Positions 10,483 through 22,560 of a stretch of 64,000 nt of DNA are shown here, one piece after another. Source of the DNA: an uncultured Lacinutrix sp. (GTDB lineage: Bacteria > Bacteroidota > Bacteroidia > Flavobacteriales > Flavobacteriaceae). Within the stretch, counting starts at the first letter, position 1. Every line of letters starts with the position of its first letter. The stretch spans positions 80,551 to 144,550 of the forward strand of contig CAKZMU010000009.1 of assembly GCA_937129145.1 (NCBI GenBank), written 5' to 3'. The notes beneath the pieces are model-generated. The model did not search any database. It saw only the letters and a list, made by a program, of their open reading frames with translations, and had not been told where the DNA came from. The position numbers and the translations under genes are program-made.

Positions 10483-13400
10483 TTGAGTACATCTTCATTT
10501 AACATCTATAATGCTTCGGCTGGAAGTGGTAAAACCTACACTCTAGTTAAAGAGTATTTAAAAATACTGTTTAAATCGTCTTACAAAGATGCTTACAAAA
10601 ACATACTCGCTATCACTTTTACCAATAAAGCAGTTGGCGAAATGAAAGAGCGAATTATTGAAATGCTTAAACTATTTTCTGCTGAATCGATTATAGAAAA
10701 CCCAAATAGTATGTTTACTGATATCTGTAAAGAATTAGATATTAGCCCAAAACAACTCTCGATAAAATCAAAAAACATCCTAGAAAACATCATCCATAAT
10801 TATGCTGCTTTTGATGTTTCAACCATAGATAAATTCACGCAAAGAGTTATTAGAACCTTTGCTTACGACTTACACCTTCCTTTAAATTTTGAAGTTGAAC
10901 TGGACACAGACACGCTTTTGGCAAAAGCTGTTGATAATTTAATTGCTCGTGCAGGAACTGATAAAGAACTCACAAAAACACTTATAGATTTTACTATTGA
11001 GAAAGCCGATGACGACAAAAGTTGGGATGTAAGCTATGATTTTAATCCGATTGCAAAATTATTGGTCAACGAAAATCATGTACCCTATATTGAATTGCTA
11101 AAAAATAAAAGCTTAAACGATTTTAAAAACTTAAAAACTCACTTAAAAGAAGCATTAACAAAAACTTCAAAAACAATACAAGAAGAATCGCAAGCGGTTT
11201 TAACTTTAATAAGTGAAGCAGGATTGGAGCATAACGATTTTAGCCGAAGTTCGCTCCCTAAGCACTTTAAAAAACTAGCGAATAAAGATTATAAAGTCTC
11301 TTTCGATTTAAATTGGCAAAAAGACCTAATTGAAGGCAACTCGCTCTACCCTAGTCGAGTTACCCAAGATATTTCAAGTATTATTGATGGTATTCAGCCT
11401 GAACTAATTTCAGCATTTCAAAACACAAAACAATTAGTGGTTGATTACAATTTTCTACAAAATTTCTATAACAACGTCACACCTCTTTCGGTGCTTAACG
11501 AGATAAACAAAGAGGTTGCAAAAATTAAGGAAGACAAAAATATATTGCTTATATCAGAGTTCAATTCAATCATCAGCCAACACATTAAAGAACAACCTGC
11601 GCCTTTTATTTACGAGCGTATTGGCGAAAAATTTAAGCACTATTTTATTGATGAGTTTCAAGACACCTCAACCATGCAATGGCATAATTTAGTGCCACTT
11701 GTTGAAAATTCCTTGGCTGCCGAAAACGGAAGCGTCATGCTGGTAGGTGATGCAAAACAAGCTATTTATAGATGGCGTGGTGGAAAAGCGGAACAGTTTA
11801 TAAATTTATATAATGGCAACAACCCTTTTCATCTAGAATCAAACATTGAGCGGTTGCCAGTAAACTACAGAAGCTACAAAGAGATAATAACATTTAATAA
11901 TGGGTTTTTCAAGCACTTATCATCTTTCGTTTTTAGTGATGCTGCTTATGCAAAACTATACCAAGATAGCCATCAAGGTGAATTTAAAACCCATCAAGGC
12001 TATGTAAACATTGACTTTTTAGAGCTTAGTAGAGAAGATGACAGGGACACGGAATACCCAAAACAAGTGTTAAAAACCATAGATAACTGTCTAGAAAATG
12101 GGTTTGAGCTAAGAGATATTTGTGTACTTGTAAGAAAGAAAAAAGAAGGTGTCGCTGTAGCCAATTATTTGTCGGAACATGGAATGGACATTATTTCTTC
12201 GGAAACCTTGCTTATTGGTAATTCGCCTGAGGTTAAATTTATAATCAACCTTTTAAAGTTTATTCTTGAACCAAAAAACCTTCAAGTAAAAATTGACGTT
12301 GTTAGTTATTTGGCTGCCCATAAACTTGAAATTGAAGATACGCATGCATTTTACAAAGAGTTTATTGATTTAGATATTAAAGATTTTTTCTTGAAATGTA
12401 ATTCCTTCGGATTTAATTTTAGTTATACCGAAGCACTTCAAACTTCTGTTTACGAAGTTATTGAAGCTATTATTTATGGATTTAAGCTTGTAGAAACATC
12501 TAATGCCTACATTCAATTTTTCTTAGATTATGCATTGGATTACGTAAACAAAAAAAATGCTAACCTTGTAGATTTCATTACTAATTTTGAAACCAAAAAA
12601 GAATCATTAACAATTGTATCTCCCGAGGGTCAAAATGCAGTTCAAATCATGACCATTCATAAATCTAAGGGACTGGAATTTCCTGTGGTTATCTTTCCTT
12701 ATGCCGATTTGGATATTTACAAAGAAAACAACCCTAAAATATGGTTCCCATTACATCCTGAAAAATTTCAAGACTTTAAAGTCGCTTATTTAAACTACAA
12801 TAAAAACATTGAGGCTATAAATGAAGAGGGTGAACAGTTATACAGTCAACACCAATCGGAATTGGAATTAGACAACATCAATCTCCTATACGTTGCCTTG
12901 ACAAGACCTGTAGAACAATTACATATAATAAGTGATAAAAAACTGCTTAAAAACGGTAGTGAAAACCTAAAAACCTTTAGTGGGTTGTTTATTAATTATT
13001 TGAAGAATATTAATGAATGGGACGACACTAAACTATCTTATTCTTTTGGTGAGCAAAAAAGAGCACCAATTTCTAACGAAAAAACCATAGCCACACAAAA
13101 ACAAGAGCAATTTATTTCCATTCCTAAAAAAAATCACGGTATTAATATTATCGCAAACTCAGGATATTTGTGGGATACAGCCCAAAAAGATGCTATAGAA
13201 AAAGGAAATCTTATTCACGATATCATGTCTCAAATAAAAACCAAAGAAGATATTGATATTACCATGCAACATTTTATATCAGCCGCAGTAATTAACTCTT
13301 CGCAAGCAGAAGAAATAAAAACTGTGGTTGAGAATATTGTTAAGCATCCTAAATTATCACACTTATTTAGTCCTGATGCAACAATTTATAACGAAAAAGA

Positions 13401-13617
13401 TATTATCACAAAACAAGGCGATATTTTACGTCCCGACAGAATCGTAGTCAACACCAACAACACCGCTACAATTGTAGATTACAAAACTGGTTTGCCAAAT
13501 AATAAGCACATAAAACAAGTAGAGAATTATAATAATGCTCTAAAAGACATGTCTTTTAAAGTTACCAAAGGAATACTTATTTACACAAACGATTCCATAG
13601 AAATAAAAGAAGTGTAA
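10483..13617 (+). CDS. UvrD/Rep-type helicase with a C-terminal PD-(D/E)XK nuclease motif (AddA-like)
   Basis: Walker [10 protein letters not shown], helicase motifs ([17 protein letters not shown]), C-terminal nuclease motif …IVDYKTG. Confidence 0.8.
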   Translation: MSTSSFNIYNASAGSGKTYTLVKEYLKILFKSSYKDAYKNILAITFTNKAVGEMKERIIEMLKLFSAESIIENPNSMFTDICKELDISPKQLSIKSKNILENIIHNYAAFDVSTIDKFTQRVIRTFAYDLHLPLNFEVELDTDTLLAKAVDNLIARAGTDKELTKTLIDFTIEKADDDKSWDVSYDFNPIAKLLVNENHVPYIELLKNKSLNDFKNLKTHLKEALTKTSKTIQEESQAVLTLISEAGLEHNDFSRSSLPKHFKKLANKDYKVSFDLNWQKDLIEGNSLYPSRVTQDISSIIDGIQPELISAFQNTKQLVVDYNFLQNFYNNVTPLSVLNEINKEVAKIKEDKNILLISEFNSIISQHIKEQPAPFIYERIGEKFKHYFIDEFQDTSTMQWHNLVPLVENSLAAENGSVMLVGDAKQAIYRWRGGKAEQFINLYNGNNPFHLESNIERLPVNYRSYKEIITFNNGFFKHLSSFVFSDAAYAKLYQDSHQGEFKTHQGYVNIDFLELSREDDRDTEYPKQVLKTIDNCLENGFELRDICVLVRKKKEGVAVANYLSEHGMDIISSETLLIGNSPEVKFIINLLKFILEPKNLQVKIDVVSYLAAHKLEIEDTHAFYKEFIDLDIKDFFLKCNSFGFNFSYTEALQTSVYEVIEAIIYGFKLVETSNAYIQFFLDYALDYVNKKNANLVDFITNFETKKESLTIVSPEGQNAVQIMTIHKSKGLEFPVVIFPYADLDIYKENNPKIWFPLHPEKFQDFKVAYLNYNKNIEAINEEGEQLYSQHQSELELDNINLLYVALTRPVEQLHIISDKKLLKNGSENLKTFSGLFINYLKNINEWDDTKLSYSFGEQKRAPISNEKTIATQKQEQFISIPKKNHGINIIANSGYLWDTAQKDAIEKGNLIHDIMSQIKTKEDIDITMQHFISAAVINSSQAEEIKTVVENIVKHPKLSHLFSPDATIYNEKDIITKQGDILRPDRIVVNTNNTATIVDYKTGLPNNKHIKQVENYNNALKDMSFKVTKGILIYTNDSIEIKEV

Positions 13618-13619
13618 CT

Positions 13620-14831
13620 TTGCAAAAAACAAACATCATGTACGGAAACATAAAAGAATATTTACAAAAAGAAATTCAAGATATTAAGGACAATGGTCTT
13701 TATAAAGAAGAGCGCATTATAACCTCAGCTCAAGGTGCCGAAATCACTCTAAATACAGGCGAAACCGTGCTAAATTTTTGCGCCAACAACTATTTAGGGC
13801 TATCATCGCACCCAGAAGTAATTCAAGCAGCAAAAGACACCATGGATACCTATGGTTTTGGCATGTCCTCGGTACGTTTTATTTGCGGAACTCAAGATAT
13901 TCATAAAGAATTGGAACAAAAGATTGCCGATTTTTATGAAACCGAAGACACTATTTTATATGCAGCAGCTTTTGATGCCAATGGTGGCGTTTTTGAACCT
14001 CTTTTAACAAAAGAAGATGCCATTATTTCAGATTCTTTAAACCACGCCTCTATTATTGATGGTGTACGTTTATGTAAAGCAGCAAGATATCGTTATAAAA
14101 ATAATGATATGGCAGACCTTGAAAAACAATTACAGGATGCTAATAACAATGGTGCTCGCTTTAAAATTATTGTAACCGATGGTGTGTTTTCAATGGATGG
14201 TTTAGTAGCACCATTAGATGACATTTGTGATTTAGCTGATAAATATGATGCCTTGGTTATGATAGATGAATGTCATGCAACTGGTTTTATAGGAAAAACA
14301 GGAAGAGGAACATTAGAAGAAAAAGGTGTTATGGGTCGTATAGACATTATAACAGGCACCTTAGGAAAAGCAATGGGTGGCGCAATGGGTGGTTATACCA
14401 CCGGAAAAAAAGAAATAATCGATATGTTGCGTCAACGCTCAAGACCATATTTGTTTTCAAACTCATTAGCACCAGCAATTGTTGGCGCATCAATTAAAGT
14501 ATTTGACCTTTTATCTAACGATACGTCGTTAAGAGATAAGCTAGAATGGAACACAAATTATTTTAAAAAAGGTATTAAAGATGCTGGTTTCGATATTGTA
14601 GATGGCGATTCTGCCATTGTTCCAGTAATGTTATATGATGCAAAATTATCTCAAATAATGGCAAACAAGCTGTTAGAGGAAGGAATTTACGTGATTGGGT
14701 TCTTTTTTCCAGTAGTACCAAGAGAAAAAGCTAGAATTAGAGTGCAATTATCCGCAGCCCACGAAAAAGAGCATTTAGACAAAGCAATTGCAGCCTTTAT
14801 CAAGGTAGGAAAATCACTCGAAATTGTTTAG
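13620..14831 (+). CDS. kbl: Glycine C-acetyltransferase (2-amino-3-ketobutyrate CoA ligase)
   Basis: Collinear and highly similar to E. coli Kbl ([30 protein letters not shown]-lysine region TLGKA). Confidence 0.85.
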   Translation: MQKTNIMYGNIKEYLQKEIQDIKDNGLYKEERIITSAQGAEITLNTGETVLNFCANNYLGLSSHPEVIQAAKDTMDTYGFGMSSVRFICGTQDIHKELEQKIADFYETEDTILYAAAFDANGGVFEPLLTKEDAIISDSLNHASIIDGVRLCKAARYRYKNNDMADLEKQLQDANNNGARFKIIVTDGVFSMDGLVAPLDDICDLADKYDALVMIDECHATGFIGKTGRGTLEEKGVMGRIDIITGTLGKAMGGAMGGYTTGKKEIIDMLRQRSRPYLFSNSLAPAIVGASIKVFDLLSNDTSLRDKLEWNTNYFKKGIKDAGFDIVDGDSAIVPVMLYDAKLSQIMANKLLEEGIYVIGFFFPVVPREKARIRVQLSAAHEKEHLDKAIAAFIKVGKSLEIV

Positions 14832-14957
14832 AACCTTTATAGATACTAGCATTTTAATATAAAAAAGTCAATATTTTCCTATATTTGTCTTTGTTAATAA
14901 ATTTTAACAACTTACTTTTGCTTACAATTAACACTTAAAAATTAAAAATTATAGAAT

Positions 14958-16325
14958 ATGAAAAATCTTAGCAGATTAATGTTCGCTTTGTTGCTAGTAT
15001 TTGGTTTAAGCAGCATAAACGCACAAGACGACAACAATCCTTGGCAATTTGGCATTGGGACTAACGCCGTTGATTTTTATCCAGTTGGAGACAGTTCTCC
15101 TCTTGGTGGTACATTTGAAAAATTCTTTGATACTAGTCACTGGAATATTGGCCCTGTGGTTAATACTTTATCAGTTTCTAGATACCTAGGAGATGATTTC
15201 TCTTTAGGAGCAATCGGATCTTTCAACAGAATTAAAAAGTTTGGAGAAGCTGATGTAGACGGTTTAAGCTACATGGGGTTAGATGGTATTATCAAATACA
15301 GTCTTGGTAATGCTTTAAATTTAGGTAAATTAGAACCTTACTTAGCAGTAGGTGGTGGTTATACTTGGGTTGATAAAATTGGAGCTGGAACAGCTAATGG
15401 ATCATTTGGAATCAACTATTGGTTAACTGAAAATGTTGGACTAAATGTTCAATCTAGCTACAAGCACTCATTCGAAGATTATTTAGCGAAGCATTTCCAA
15501 CATTCATTTGGGGTTTCAGTTAAATTTGGAGGAAAAGATACTGATGGTGATGGCATCTACGACAAAAACGATGCTTGTCCAGAAGTTCCTGGTTTAGAAG
15601 CTTTCAATGGTTGTCCAGATAGCGATGGTGATGGTATTGAAGATTCAAAAGATACATGTCCTAACGAAGCTGGTTTAGCTGAATTTAACGGTTGTCCAGA
15701 TAGTGATGGTGATGGTGTGTCTGACAACAATGATAACTGTCCTAACGTAGCTGGATTAAAATCTTTAGCTGGTTGTCCAGATGCTGATGGCGATGGTGTA
15801 ACTGATGCTAGTGATAAATGTCCTAATGAAGCTGGTCCTTCTGCAAACAACGGTTGCCCTTGGCCAGATACTGATGGTGATGGTGTGTTAGATAAAGACG
15901 ACCAATGTCCTAACGAAGCTGGTACAGTTGCAAATAATGGTTGCCCAGAAATAGTAGTTCCTACTGTTGAGGTTCAAAACCAATTAACTGAATATGCTAG
16001 AACTATTAACTTTAATACTGGTAAGTCTTCTTTTAAATCTGGTACTGAGCCAACTTTACAGGCAATTACTGCCATTTTAAAAGAATACCCTAAAGCTAAC
16101 TTTACTATTGAAGGTCATACAGACAGTACAGGCGGTAAAGCTTTAAACCAAAGGTTATCTGAAGCTAGAGCAAATGCTGTTATGGATTACTTAGTAAATA
16201 ACGGTATCTCTGCTGCAAGATTAACTGCAAAAGGATATGGTCCAGATATGCCTATCGATAATAACAGAACAAGAGCTGGTAGAGCTGCAAACAGACGTGT
16301 TGAAGTGAAGCTTGTTGATATGTAA
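14958..16325 (+). CDS. OmpA-family outer-membrane protein with thrombospondin type-3 (DxDxDG) repeats
   Basis: Signal peptide; six DTDGDG/DSDGDG Ca-binding repeats; C-terminal OmpA domain (TDSTGG…NRRVEV). Confidence 0.85.
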   Translation: MKNLSRLMFALLLVFGLSSINAQDDNNPWQFGIGTNAVDFYPVGDSSPLGGTFEKFFDTSHWNIGPVVNTLSVSRYLGDDFSLGAIGSFNRIKKFGEADVDGLSYMGLDGIIKYSLGNALNLGKLEPYLAVGGGYTWVDKIGAGTANGSFGINYWLTENVGLNVQSSYKHSFEDYLAKHFQHSFGVSVKFGGKDTDGDGIYDKNDACPEVPGLEAFNGCPDSDGDGIEDSKDTCPNEAGLAEFNGCPDSDGDGVSDNNDNCPNVAGLKSLAGCPDADGDGVTDASDKCPNEAGPSANNGCPWPDTDGDGVLDKDDQCPNEAGTVANNGCPEIVVPTVEVQNQLTEYARTINFNTGKSSFKSGTEPTLQAITAILKEYPKANFTIEGHTDSTGGKALNQRLSEARANAVMDYLVNNGISAARLTAKGYGPDMPIDNNRTRAGRAANRRVEVKLVDM

Positions 16326-16352
16326 TAAGAATATAATTTTAAATTATATACC

Positions 16353-16386
16353 AAAAAACGCTCCGAAATTTCGGAGCGTTTTTTAT
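16353..16386 (+). terminator. Rho-independent terminator after the ompA-like gene
   Basis: AACGCTCCGAaattTCGGAGCGTT hairpin followed by tttttatttt. Confidence 0.75.
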
Positions 16387-16395
16387 TTTTACACA

Positions 16396-19155
16396 ATGCC
16401 TAGTTTTATAAATGATGTTCTAAAAGACCTTGAAAACAAAAAGGTTGATGTATCTAAAGTAAGTTTTGTACTTCCCAGTAAACGTGCAGGCGTATTTTTG
16501 AAAAATGAAATCGCTTCAAATGCCTCTGAAACAGTTTTTGCACCATCTATAAATAGTATTGAAGAATTTGTTGAAGAACTTTCTCAGCTTAAAAAAACAC
16601 CTAACACTGAGCTGCTTTTTGAATTTTATAGCACTTACAAAGCTGAAACTCCAAAAGACCTAGTAGAAACCTTCGATAATTTTTCTAAATGGGCTCAAAT
16701 ACTCCTACAAGATTTTAACGAAATAGACCGTTACTTAATCGACCCAAAAGTTATTTTTAATTATTTAAGCGCTATTCAAGATGTAAATCATTGGTCGCTG
16801 GAAAAAAACCAAACATCTTTAATAAAAAACTACTTGGCTTTTTGGAAGCGGTTATTTACCTACTATTCAAACCTTCAAAATGAGCTTATAAAAAAAAATA
16901 AGGGCTATCAAGGTTTAATATATAGAGAGGCTGTTGAGAATTTAGAAAGTTATATTCAGCTTAACCCAAATAAACATCATATATTTTTAGGGTTTAATGC
17001 TTTAAATAATGCCGAGAGCATCATAATTCAAGAATTGCTACAAACAGGTTCAGCAAGTATTTATTGGGATATTGACGACGTGTTTTTAAATAATACAAAT
17101 CACGATGCTGGATATTTTATTAGACAACACAAAAAAGAATGGACGTATTTAAAAAACAACCCATTTAAATGGTCACATAATCATTACACAGCTAAAAAAA
17201 ACATAATTGCAACTGGCATTCCTAAAAATGTTGGGCAAGCAAAATATGTGGGAGAATTACTCAGTAAGTTAAAAGCCGAAAAAGGGCATCTTAATAATAC
17301 CGCAGTTGTTTTAGGAGACGAAACATTGTTGTTGCCTGTTTTAAATTCGCTCCCTGAAAATATTGATGCACTTAACATAACCATGGGCTTTCCGTTAAAA
17401 TCCATTCCTTTAGCATCGTTGTTTGACCAATTGTTTTTATTACACAAAGAGGGCGGTGCTTCATACTATTATAAAGATGTTGTTGCCATTATTTCTCATC
17501 CGTATGTTAGACCACTATTTATAGATAATAATGAAGATTGTGGACTATTTATTATTGATACTATTTATAAAAACAATTTGGTTTTTATTGCTCTTAAAGA
17601 GCTTGTTGAGTTTTCACCTCAACAGGAAATTATTTTAAATCTATTATTTAGACCTTGGTCAAATAACACACAACTTGCACTACAAAACTGTTTAACACTA
17701 ATCCTTAAGATAAAGAAACACCTATCAATACACAAAAACGATAACTTGCTTGCGCTTGAATATCTTTACAGGTTCAACGAAGTGTTTAACGCCTTAGACA
17801 GTCTTAATTACAAGTACAGCTATATTACTTCAATAAATGCTCTATACAGCATATATAATGAATTACTCTCTCTTGAAACTCTTGATTTTAAAGGAGAGCC
17901 TTTAAAAGGGTTACAAATAATGGGAATGTTGGAATCTAGGGTTTTAGATTTTGAAACCGTAATTATCACCTCTGTAAACGAAGGTGTATTGCCATCTGGA
18001 AAAAGCAATAATTCTTTTATTCCTTATGATGTAAAAATTGAGAATAAACTACCCACTTATAAAGAAAAAGATGCCGTCTATACCTATCATTTTTATAAGC
18101 TTATTCAACGCGCAAAAAATGTTCATATACTATATAATACTGAACCTGATGTTATTAATGGCGACGAGAAAAGCAGGTTCATAGCACAATTGGAAATTGA
18201 AGGCATTCACAACATACAACACAACATCGTTACACCAGTAACGCCAAAAATAACCACTGACTTAAAGGTAATCTCAAAAACGGATGAAGTTATTTCTGTT
18301 ATAAAATCAATTTCAGAAAAAGGGTTTTCTCCATCATCTTTAACCAGTTATATTAGAAATCCTTTAGACTTTTATTATAGAAAAATTCTGGGAATACAAG
18401 ATTTTAATGATGTTGAGGAAACTGTGGCATCTAACACACTTGGTACTGTCGTTCATAATACGCTAGAAGATTTTTACAAACCTTTAATTGGCAAACTTTT
18501 AACGGTTGAAATTCTTAAAGGATTAAAATCTAAAATTGAAAAAACAGTAACCTTTCATTTTAAGGATATTTACAAAGAAGGTGATATAAAAAGTGGTAAA
18601 AACCTCATCATTTTTGAAATAGCGAAACGGTATGTTTTAAATTTTATAAATCTTGAAATTACACAAGTAAAAGAAGGAAACACAATAAAAATACTGGAAA
18701 TAGAAGCAGATGACAATAGGGTGAAATTAGACATTCCAGAATTGGATTTTCCTGTGTACTTAACTGGAAAAGTGGATAGGGTTGATGAATATAATGGTGT
18801 GACGCGAATTATAGATTATAAAACTGGAAAAGTAGAGCAAGGTAAAGTGACTATTGTGGATTGGGAAGATTTAAACACCGATTACGACAAGTATAGCAAA
18901 CCGCATCAAATTTTAGCTTATGCTTATATGATGAATGCTAAAACACCTTTTACAAATCCTGTTGAAGCTGGAATAATATCGTTTAAAAATTTAAACAACG
19001 GATTTTTAAAGTTTGGCGTAAAAGAATCTTCTCATAGTAGGTCTAAAAACGAGTTGATAACCCAAGAAACACTCGACAACTATTTTCTAGAACTCAAAAA
19101 GTTGATTTTAGAAATTTGTAATCCCCAAGTGGACTTTGTAGAAAAAGAGGTATAA
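16396..19155 (+). CDS. PD-(D/E)XK nuclease family protein (AddB-like partner of the helicase-nuclease)
   Basis: ~920 aa; C-terminal nuclease motif GKVDRVD…IIDYKTGK. The start is placed at the ATG at 16396 (MPSFINDV), downstream of the terminator; the track start at 16312 would overlap ompA and the terminator. Confidence 0.75.
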   Translation: MPSFINDVLKDLENKKVDVSKVSFVLPSKRAGVFLKNEIASNASETVFAPSINSIEEFVEELSQLKKTPNTELLFEFYSTYKAETPKDLVETFDNFSKWAQILLQDFNEIDRYLIDPKVIFNYLSAIQDVNHWSLEKNQTSLIKNYLAFWKRLFTYYSNLQNELIKKNKGYQGLIYREAVENLESYIQLNPNKHHIFLGFNALNNAESIIIQELLQTGSASIYWDIDDVFLNNTNHDAGYFIRQHKKEWTYLKNNPFKWSHNHYTAKKNIIATGIPKNVGQAKYVGELLSKLKAEKGHLNNTAVVLGDETLLLPVLNSLPENIDALNITMGFPLKSIPLASLFDQLFLLHKEGGASYYYKDVVAIISHPYVRPLFIDNNEDCGLFIIDTIYKNNLVFIALKELVEFSPQQEIILNLLFRPWSNNTQLALQNCLTLILKIKKHLSIHKNDNLLALEYLYRFNEVFNALDSLNYKYSYITSINALYSIYNELLSLETLDFKGEPLKGLQIMGMLESRVLDFETVIITSVNEGVLPSGKSNNSFIPYDVKIENKLPTYKEKDAVYTYHFYKLIQRAKNVHILYNTEPDVINGDEKSRFIAQLEIEGIHNIQHNIVTPVTPKITTDLKVISKTDEVISVIKSISEKGFSPSSLTSYIRNPLDFYYRKILGIQDFNDVEETVASNTLGTVVHNTLEDFYKPLIGKLLTVEILKGLKSKIEKTVTFHFKDIYKEGDIKSGKNLIIFEIAKRYVLNFINLEITQVKEGNTIKILEIEADDNRVKLDIPELDFPVYLTGKVDRVDEYNGVTRIIDYKTGKVEQGKVTIVDWEDLNTDYDKYSKPHQILAYAYMMNAKTPFTNPVEAGIISFKNLNNGFLKFGVKESSHSRSKNELITQETLDNYFLELKKLILEICNPQVDFVEKEV

Positions 19156-19157
19156 AA

Positions 19158-19994
19158 ATGACTGTCAAAAAAAACATATTAATTCTAGGAAAACACGACA
19201 AACCCATTCTAACCGATTTATATTATTTAGAAGATGGTAAACCCAAACCCATCATAATATTTTGTCATGGGTATAAAGGTTTTAAAGATTGGGGAGCGTG
19301 GAATGTAATGGCAAAAGAATTTGCAACACAAGGATACTGTGTTATAAAATTCAATTTTGCTTATAATGGAGGAACTGTTGAGCAACCTATAGATTTTCCT
19401 AATTTAAATGCCTTTGGAAACAACAATTACACAAAAGAATTAGACGATTTAGACTCGGTACTTAATTGGGTTGAAGCTAATTTAAGTTCAAATAATAACA
19501 TAAACACTAACAATATTACACTTTTAGGTCACAGTCGAGGTGGCGGAATAGTGACCATTAAAGCTGAAGAAGATTCACGAATTTCTAACATAATTTCTCT
19601 AGCTGGAATATGCGATTTTGGTAAGCGAACTGCCACAATTGGAAACTTGGAAGAATGGAAAAAAGAGGGCGTTAAATATGTTTTAAATGGTCGTACTAAA
19701 CAGCAAATGCCACATTTTTATCAATTCTATGAAGATTTTGAGCAAAACAAAGAGCGTCTTACTATAAAAAGAGCTGCTTCAAATTTAAAAATCCCTCATT
19801 TAATCATACATGGAGACGCAGATACGTCCATAGCAATTGAAGAGGCAAAAAACCTCCATCAATGGAACCCTAAAAGTGAATTAAAAATTATTGAAGGTGC
19901 CAATCACGTGTTTAACACCAAACATCCTTGGGAAAGCAGCAAACTGTCTCCTGAACTAGAGACTGTTGTTAAATATATTTTGGATTTTTGTTAG
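19158..19994 (+). CDS. Alpha/beta hydrolase (dienelactone-hydrolase/esterase-like)
   Basis: GHSRGG nucleophile-elbow motif; C-terminal catalytic His region (HGDADTS…ANHVF). Confidence 0.7.
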   Translation: MTVKKNILILGKHDKPILTDLYYLEDGKPKPIIIFCHGYKGFKDWGAWNVMAKEFATQGYCVIKFNFAYNGGTVEQPIDFPNLNAFGNNNYTKELDDLDSVLNWVEANLSSNNNINTNNITLLGHSRGGGIVTIKAEEDSRISNIISLAGICDFGKRTATIGNLEEWKKEGVKYVLNGRTKQQMPHFYQFYEDFEQNKERLTIKRAASNLKIPHLIIHGDADTSIAIEEAKNLHQWNPKSELKIIEGANHVFNTKHPWESSKLSPELETVVKYILDFC

Positions 19995-19995
19995 T

Positions 19996-20069
19996 GGAGA
20001 AGATGGGATTCGAACCCACGACCTCTTGACTGCCAGTCAAGCGCTCTAGCCAACTGAGCTACATCCCCT
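19996..20069 (-). tRNA. tRNA-Ala(GGC)
   Basis: The reverse complement GGGGATGTAGCTCAGTTGGCTAGAGCGCTTGACTGGCAGTCAAGAGGTCGTGGGTTCGAATCCCATCTTCTCCA folds as a cloverleaf with a G3:U70 pair, anticodon loop cuGGCag and a TTCGAAT T-loop; the acceptor stem has one T:T mismatch; no encoded CCA. Confidence 0.8.
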
Positions 20070-20072
20070 TTT

Positions 20073-20873
20073 TTATTTCAATCCACTCAACACTAAAACA
20101 GGTCTTGGGCTATGAAAATCTTTCTTTAAAATGGTGTTTTTCTCCCATTTCTTGGTAAAAAACCCTCGCTTACGTCTTACAACACACAACATATCTGGGT
20201 CGTTAGATTTAAAATGCTCTAAAACACCTTGAAATGTTGTAGCATTTTCTGTGGTTGTCGTGTTATTGACCATGTTACTTAATTCTTCATTCACATCAAA
20301 ATCGCCTTCATTGTAATATGGTGTTTTAACCAATAATAAACTGGCTATGGCATCAAATTTACTTTGAATCGCTTTTAATGGCTCTAAAACACCTTCCTTT
20401 TTTATAATAGCCGATTTAACAGCAAATAATATTCTTGCAATAGGTCTAAAAACATACCCTTCAGGAACAATAAGTACTGGTATTTGTGTTTGCTTTACGA
20501 TTTTTCCAGAGGTTTTTCCTAAAAAGACCTCCTCTTTAATCGAGTTGGTTCTTGGCTCAACAATAATAAGATCAATCTCACCTTTTTTACAAGCTAATTC
20601 AACAGTGTCTATTAGTTTTCCTTTAAGGGTTCTAGTTTGTACATCTACATCTTTAGTATCTATTTGAGACACCAAACTGTTTAAAAACTCTTGGCTTTCT
20701 CGTTCTAAAATATGGTCTATTTTAATCATAGTCCCAGCCTTTGTATATACGTTGTACACTTGCACTATATACAATCTTGCATCAAATGCTTTAGCAAAAT
20801 CAACAGCGTATTGCAAATGGCTTTTTGCATTTTTTGAGGAACCAACAGGAACTAAAATATTCTTCATAATCAA
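20073..20873 (-). CDS. Universal stress protein (tandem UspA domains)
   Basis: N-terminal Usp motif ILVPVGSS…; two-domain length of 266 aa. Confidence 0.75.
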   Translation of the reverse strand: MIMKNILVPVGSSKNAKSHLQYAVDFAKAFDARLYIVQVYNVYTKAGTMIKIDHILERESQEFLNSLVSQIDTKDVDVQTRTLKGKLIDTVELACKKGEIDLIIVEPRTNSIKEEVFLGKTSGKIVKQTQIPVLIVPEGYVFRPIARILFAVKSAIIKKEGVLEPLKAIQSKFDAIASLLLVKTPYYNEGDFDVNEELSNMVNNTTTTENATTFQGVLEHFKSNDPDMLCVVRRKRGFFTKKWEKNTILKKDFHSPRPVLVLSGLK

Positions 20874-20948
20874 AATTTTAAAGACTAAATTTACTGAAAA
20901 TTATACTGCAAAAATAAGCATTAATAATAATTAGTTTTAAAAAAGCTT

Positions 20949-22283
20949 TTGAATACAAATATATCTTTAAAACAAATAAATAAATTGGCGATTCCTGCAT
21001 TAATTTCGGGAGTGTCTGAGCCTATTTTATCTCTTACTGATGCTGCTATTGTTGGGAATATTGAGGTAAATGCCACAGAATCTTTAGCAGCTGTTGGTAT
21101 TGTGACCACATTTTTATCGATGCTTATTTGGGTTCTTGGGCAAACGCGTAGTGCTATTTCGTCATTAGTATCTCAATACTTGGGCGCTAATAACCTTGAG
21201 GCTATCAAGTCGCTTCCAGCGCAAGCTATATTTCTTATTACATCTTTAAGTATATTGATAATAATTACCACATACCCTTTTGCCGAACCTATTTTTAAAC
21301 TTTATAATGCTTCAAATTTAATATTGGATTACAGTGTAGATTACTATAAAATTCGTGTGTTTGGCTTTCCTTTCACTTTATTTACCATTGCCGTTTTTGG
21401 AACCTTTCGCGGATTGCAAAATACCTACTATCCTATGCTTATTGCTATTGTTGGTACCATAGCAAACATTATTTTAGATGTCGTTTTGGTATATGGTGTC
21501 GAAGGTTTTATTCCTGCTATGAACATAAAGGGAGCTGCCTATGCAAGTGTGTTGGCACAACTCCTTATGGCAGCTTTATCTGTGTTTTATTTATTAAGAA
21601 AAACCGAAATTTCACTCATTCCACGGCTCCCGTTTAATAAAGAAATGCGAACGTTTATACTTATGATTCTTAATTTATTTGTGAGAACTTTAGCATTGAA
21701 TGTTACCTTATATTTTGCAAGTGCTTTTTCAACAAGTTATGGTGCAGCGTACATTGCCGCTTATACTATTGCTATAAACTTATGGTTTTTAGGTGCTTTT
21801 ATTGTCGATGGTTATTCAAGTGCTGGAAACATTTTATCAGGAAAATTATATGGTCAAAAAAACTATAAAAGTTTAGTGGTTTTAAGTAATAAGCTCATTA
21901 AATATGGTATTATTCTAGGAATTGCTATTGCCATTATTGGAGGCTTTTTATATTATCCTATCGGAAATATTTTTACTAACGACCCAGAAGTACTCAATCA
22001 GTTTTATAATATTTTTTGGATTGTATTGGCAATGCAGCCTATTTGTGCGTTGGCATTTATTTTTGATGGTGTCTTTAAAGGACTTGGTAAAATGAAGTAC
22101 TTAAGAAATGTGTTGCTGTTTTCAACATTTATCGTTTTTGTACCAATTCTTTTTTGGTTAGATTCCCTAGACTACAAACTGTATGCTATTTTTATAGCTA
22201 TAACTTTCTGGATGATTGCACGAGGCGTTCCTTTAATTATAAAATTTAGACGACAATTTTTGCGGCTTTCACAAAAGACGTAA
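20949..22283 (+). CDS. MATE-family efflux transporter
   Basis: 12-TM, 444 aa; N-terminal LAIPALISGVSEPILSLTDAAIVG typical of MATE. Confidence 0.85.
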   Translation: MNTNISLKQINKLAIPALISGVSEPILSLTDAAIVGNIEVNATESLAAVGIVTTFLSMLIWVLGQTRSAISSLVSQYLGANNLEAIKSLPAQAIFLITSLSILIIITTYPFAEPIFKLYNASNLILDYSVDYYKIRVFGFPFTLFTIAVFGTFRGLQNTYYPMLIAIVGTIANIILDVVLVYGVEGFIPAMNIKGAAYASVLAQLLMAALSVFYLLRKTEISLIPRLPFNKEMRTFILMILNLFVRTLALNVTLYFASAFSTSYGAAYIAAYTIAINLWFLGAFIVDGYSSAGNILSGKLYGQKNYKSLVVLSNKLIKYGIILGIAIAIIGGFLYYPIGNIFTNDPEVLNQFYNIFWIVLAMQPICALAFIFDGVFKGLGKMKYLRNVLLFSTFIVFVPILFWLDSLDYKLYAIFIAITFWMIARGVPLIIKFRRQFLRLSQKT

Positions 22284-22305
22284 CTTTGGCTTAATAATAT
22301 GGTTT

Positions 22306-22479
22306 ATGATGTTAGCAACAATACTTCAAGAGGTAAACATTGAAGAAAAAATAAAGAATGCTCCCGATAGTGGATATGAAATTGGTGTATTTATTGGCTC
22401 AATGCTACCTTTTGTGATTCTAGCTATCATCGCATATACTATATATTACTACAATAAAAAACGTATAAATAAAGAATAA
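22306..22479 (+). CDS. Possible 57-aa single-TM protein (below the ORF-track cutoff)
   Basis: ATG…TAA ORF translating to MMLATILQEVNIEEKIKNAPDSGYEIGVFIGSMLPFVILAIIAYTIYYYNKKRINKE, with one hydrophobic helix followed by a basic tail. Confidence 0.25.
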   Translation: MMLATILQEVNIEEKIKNAPDSGYEIGVFIGSMLPFVILAIIAYTIYYYNKKRINKE

Positions 22480-22560
22480 GATGGTAGGAAATATGCTTTT
22501 TTTGACTTTAGCAATAATATTAATTGTTGTTTATTTTATTAACCGAAACAAGCGACGTTA

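Noticed and set aside
15557-15850. ORF antisense to the OmpA/TSP3 gene
   Set aside because: An artefact of the repetitive GATGGTGATGG TSP3 repeat DNA.
16312-16395. Upstream extension of the AddB-like ORF to 16312
   Set aside because: It would overlap the ompA stop codon and run through a strong intrinsic terminator. The ATG at 16396 (MPSFINDV) lies just downstream of the terminator.
19996-20069. tRNA-Ala(GGC) as a pseudogene because of a T:T mismatch in the acceptor stem
   Set aside because: The D, anticodon and T arms and the G3:U70 identity pair are intact, and a single acceptor mismatch is tolerated. Kept as a tRNA at slightly reduced confidence.
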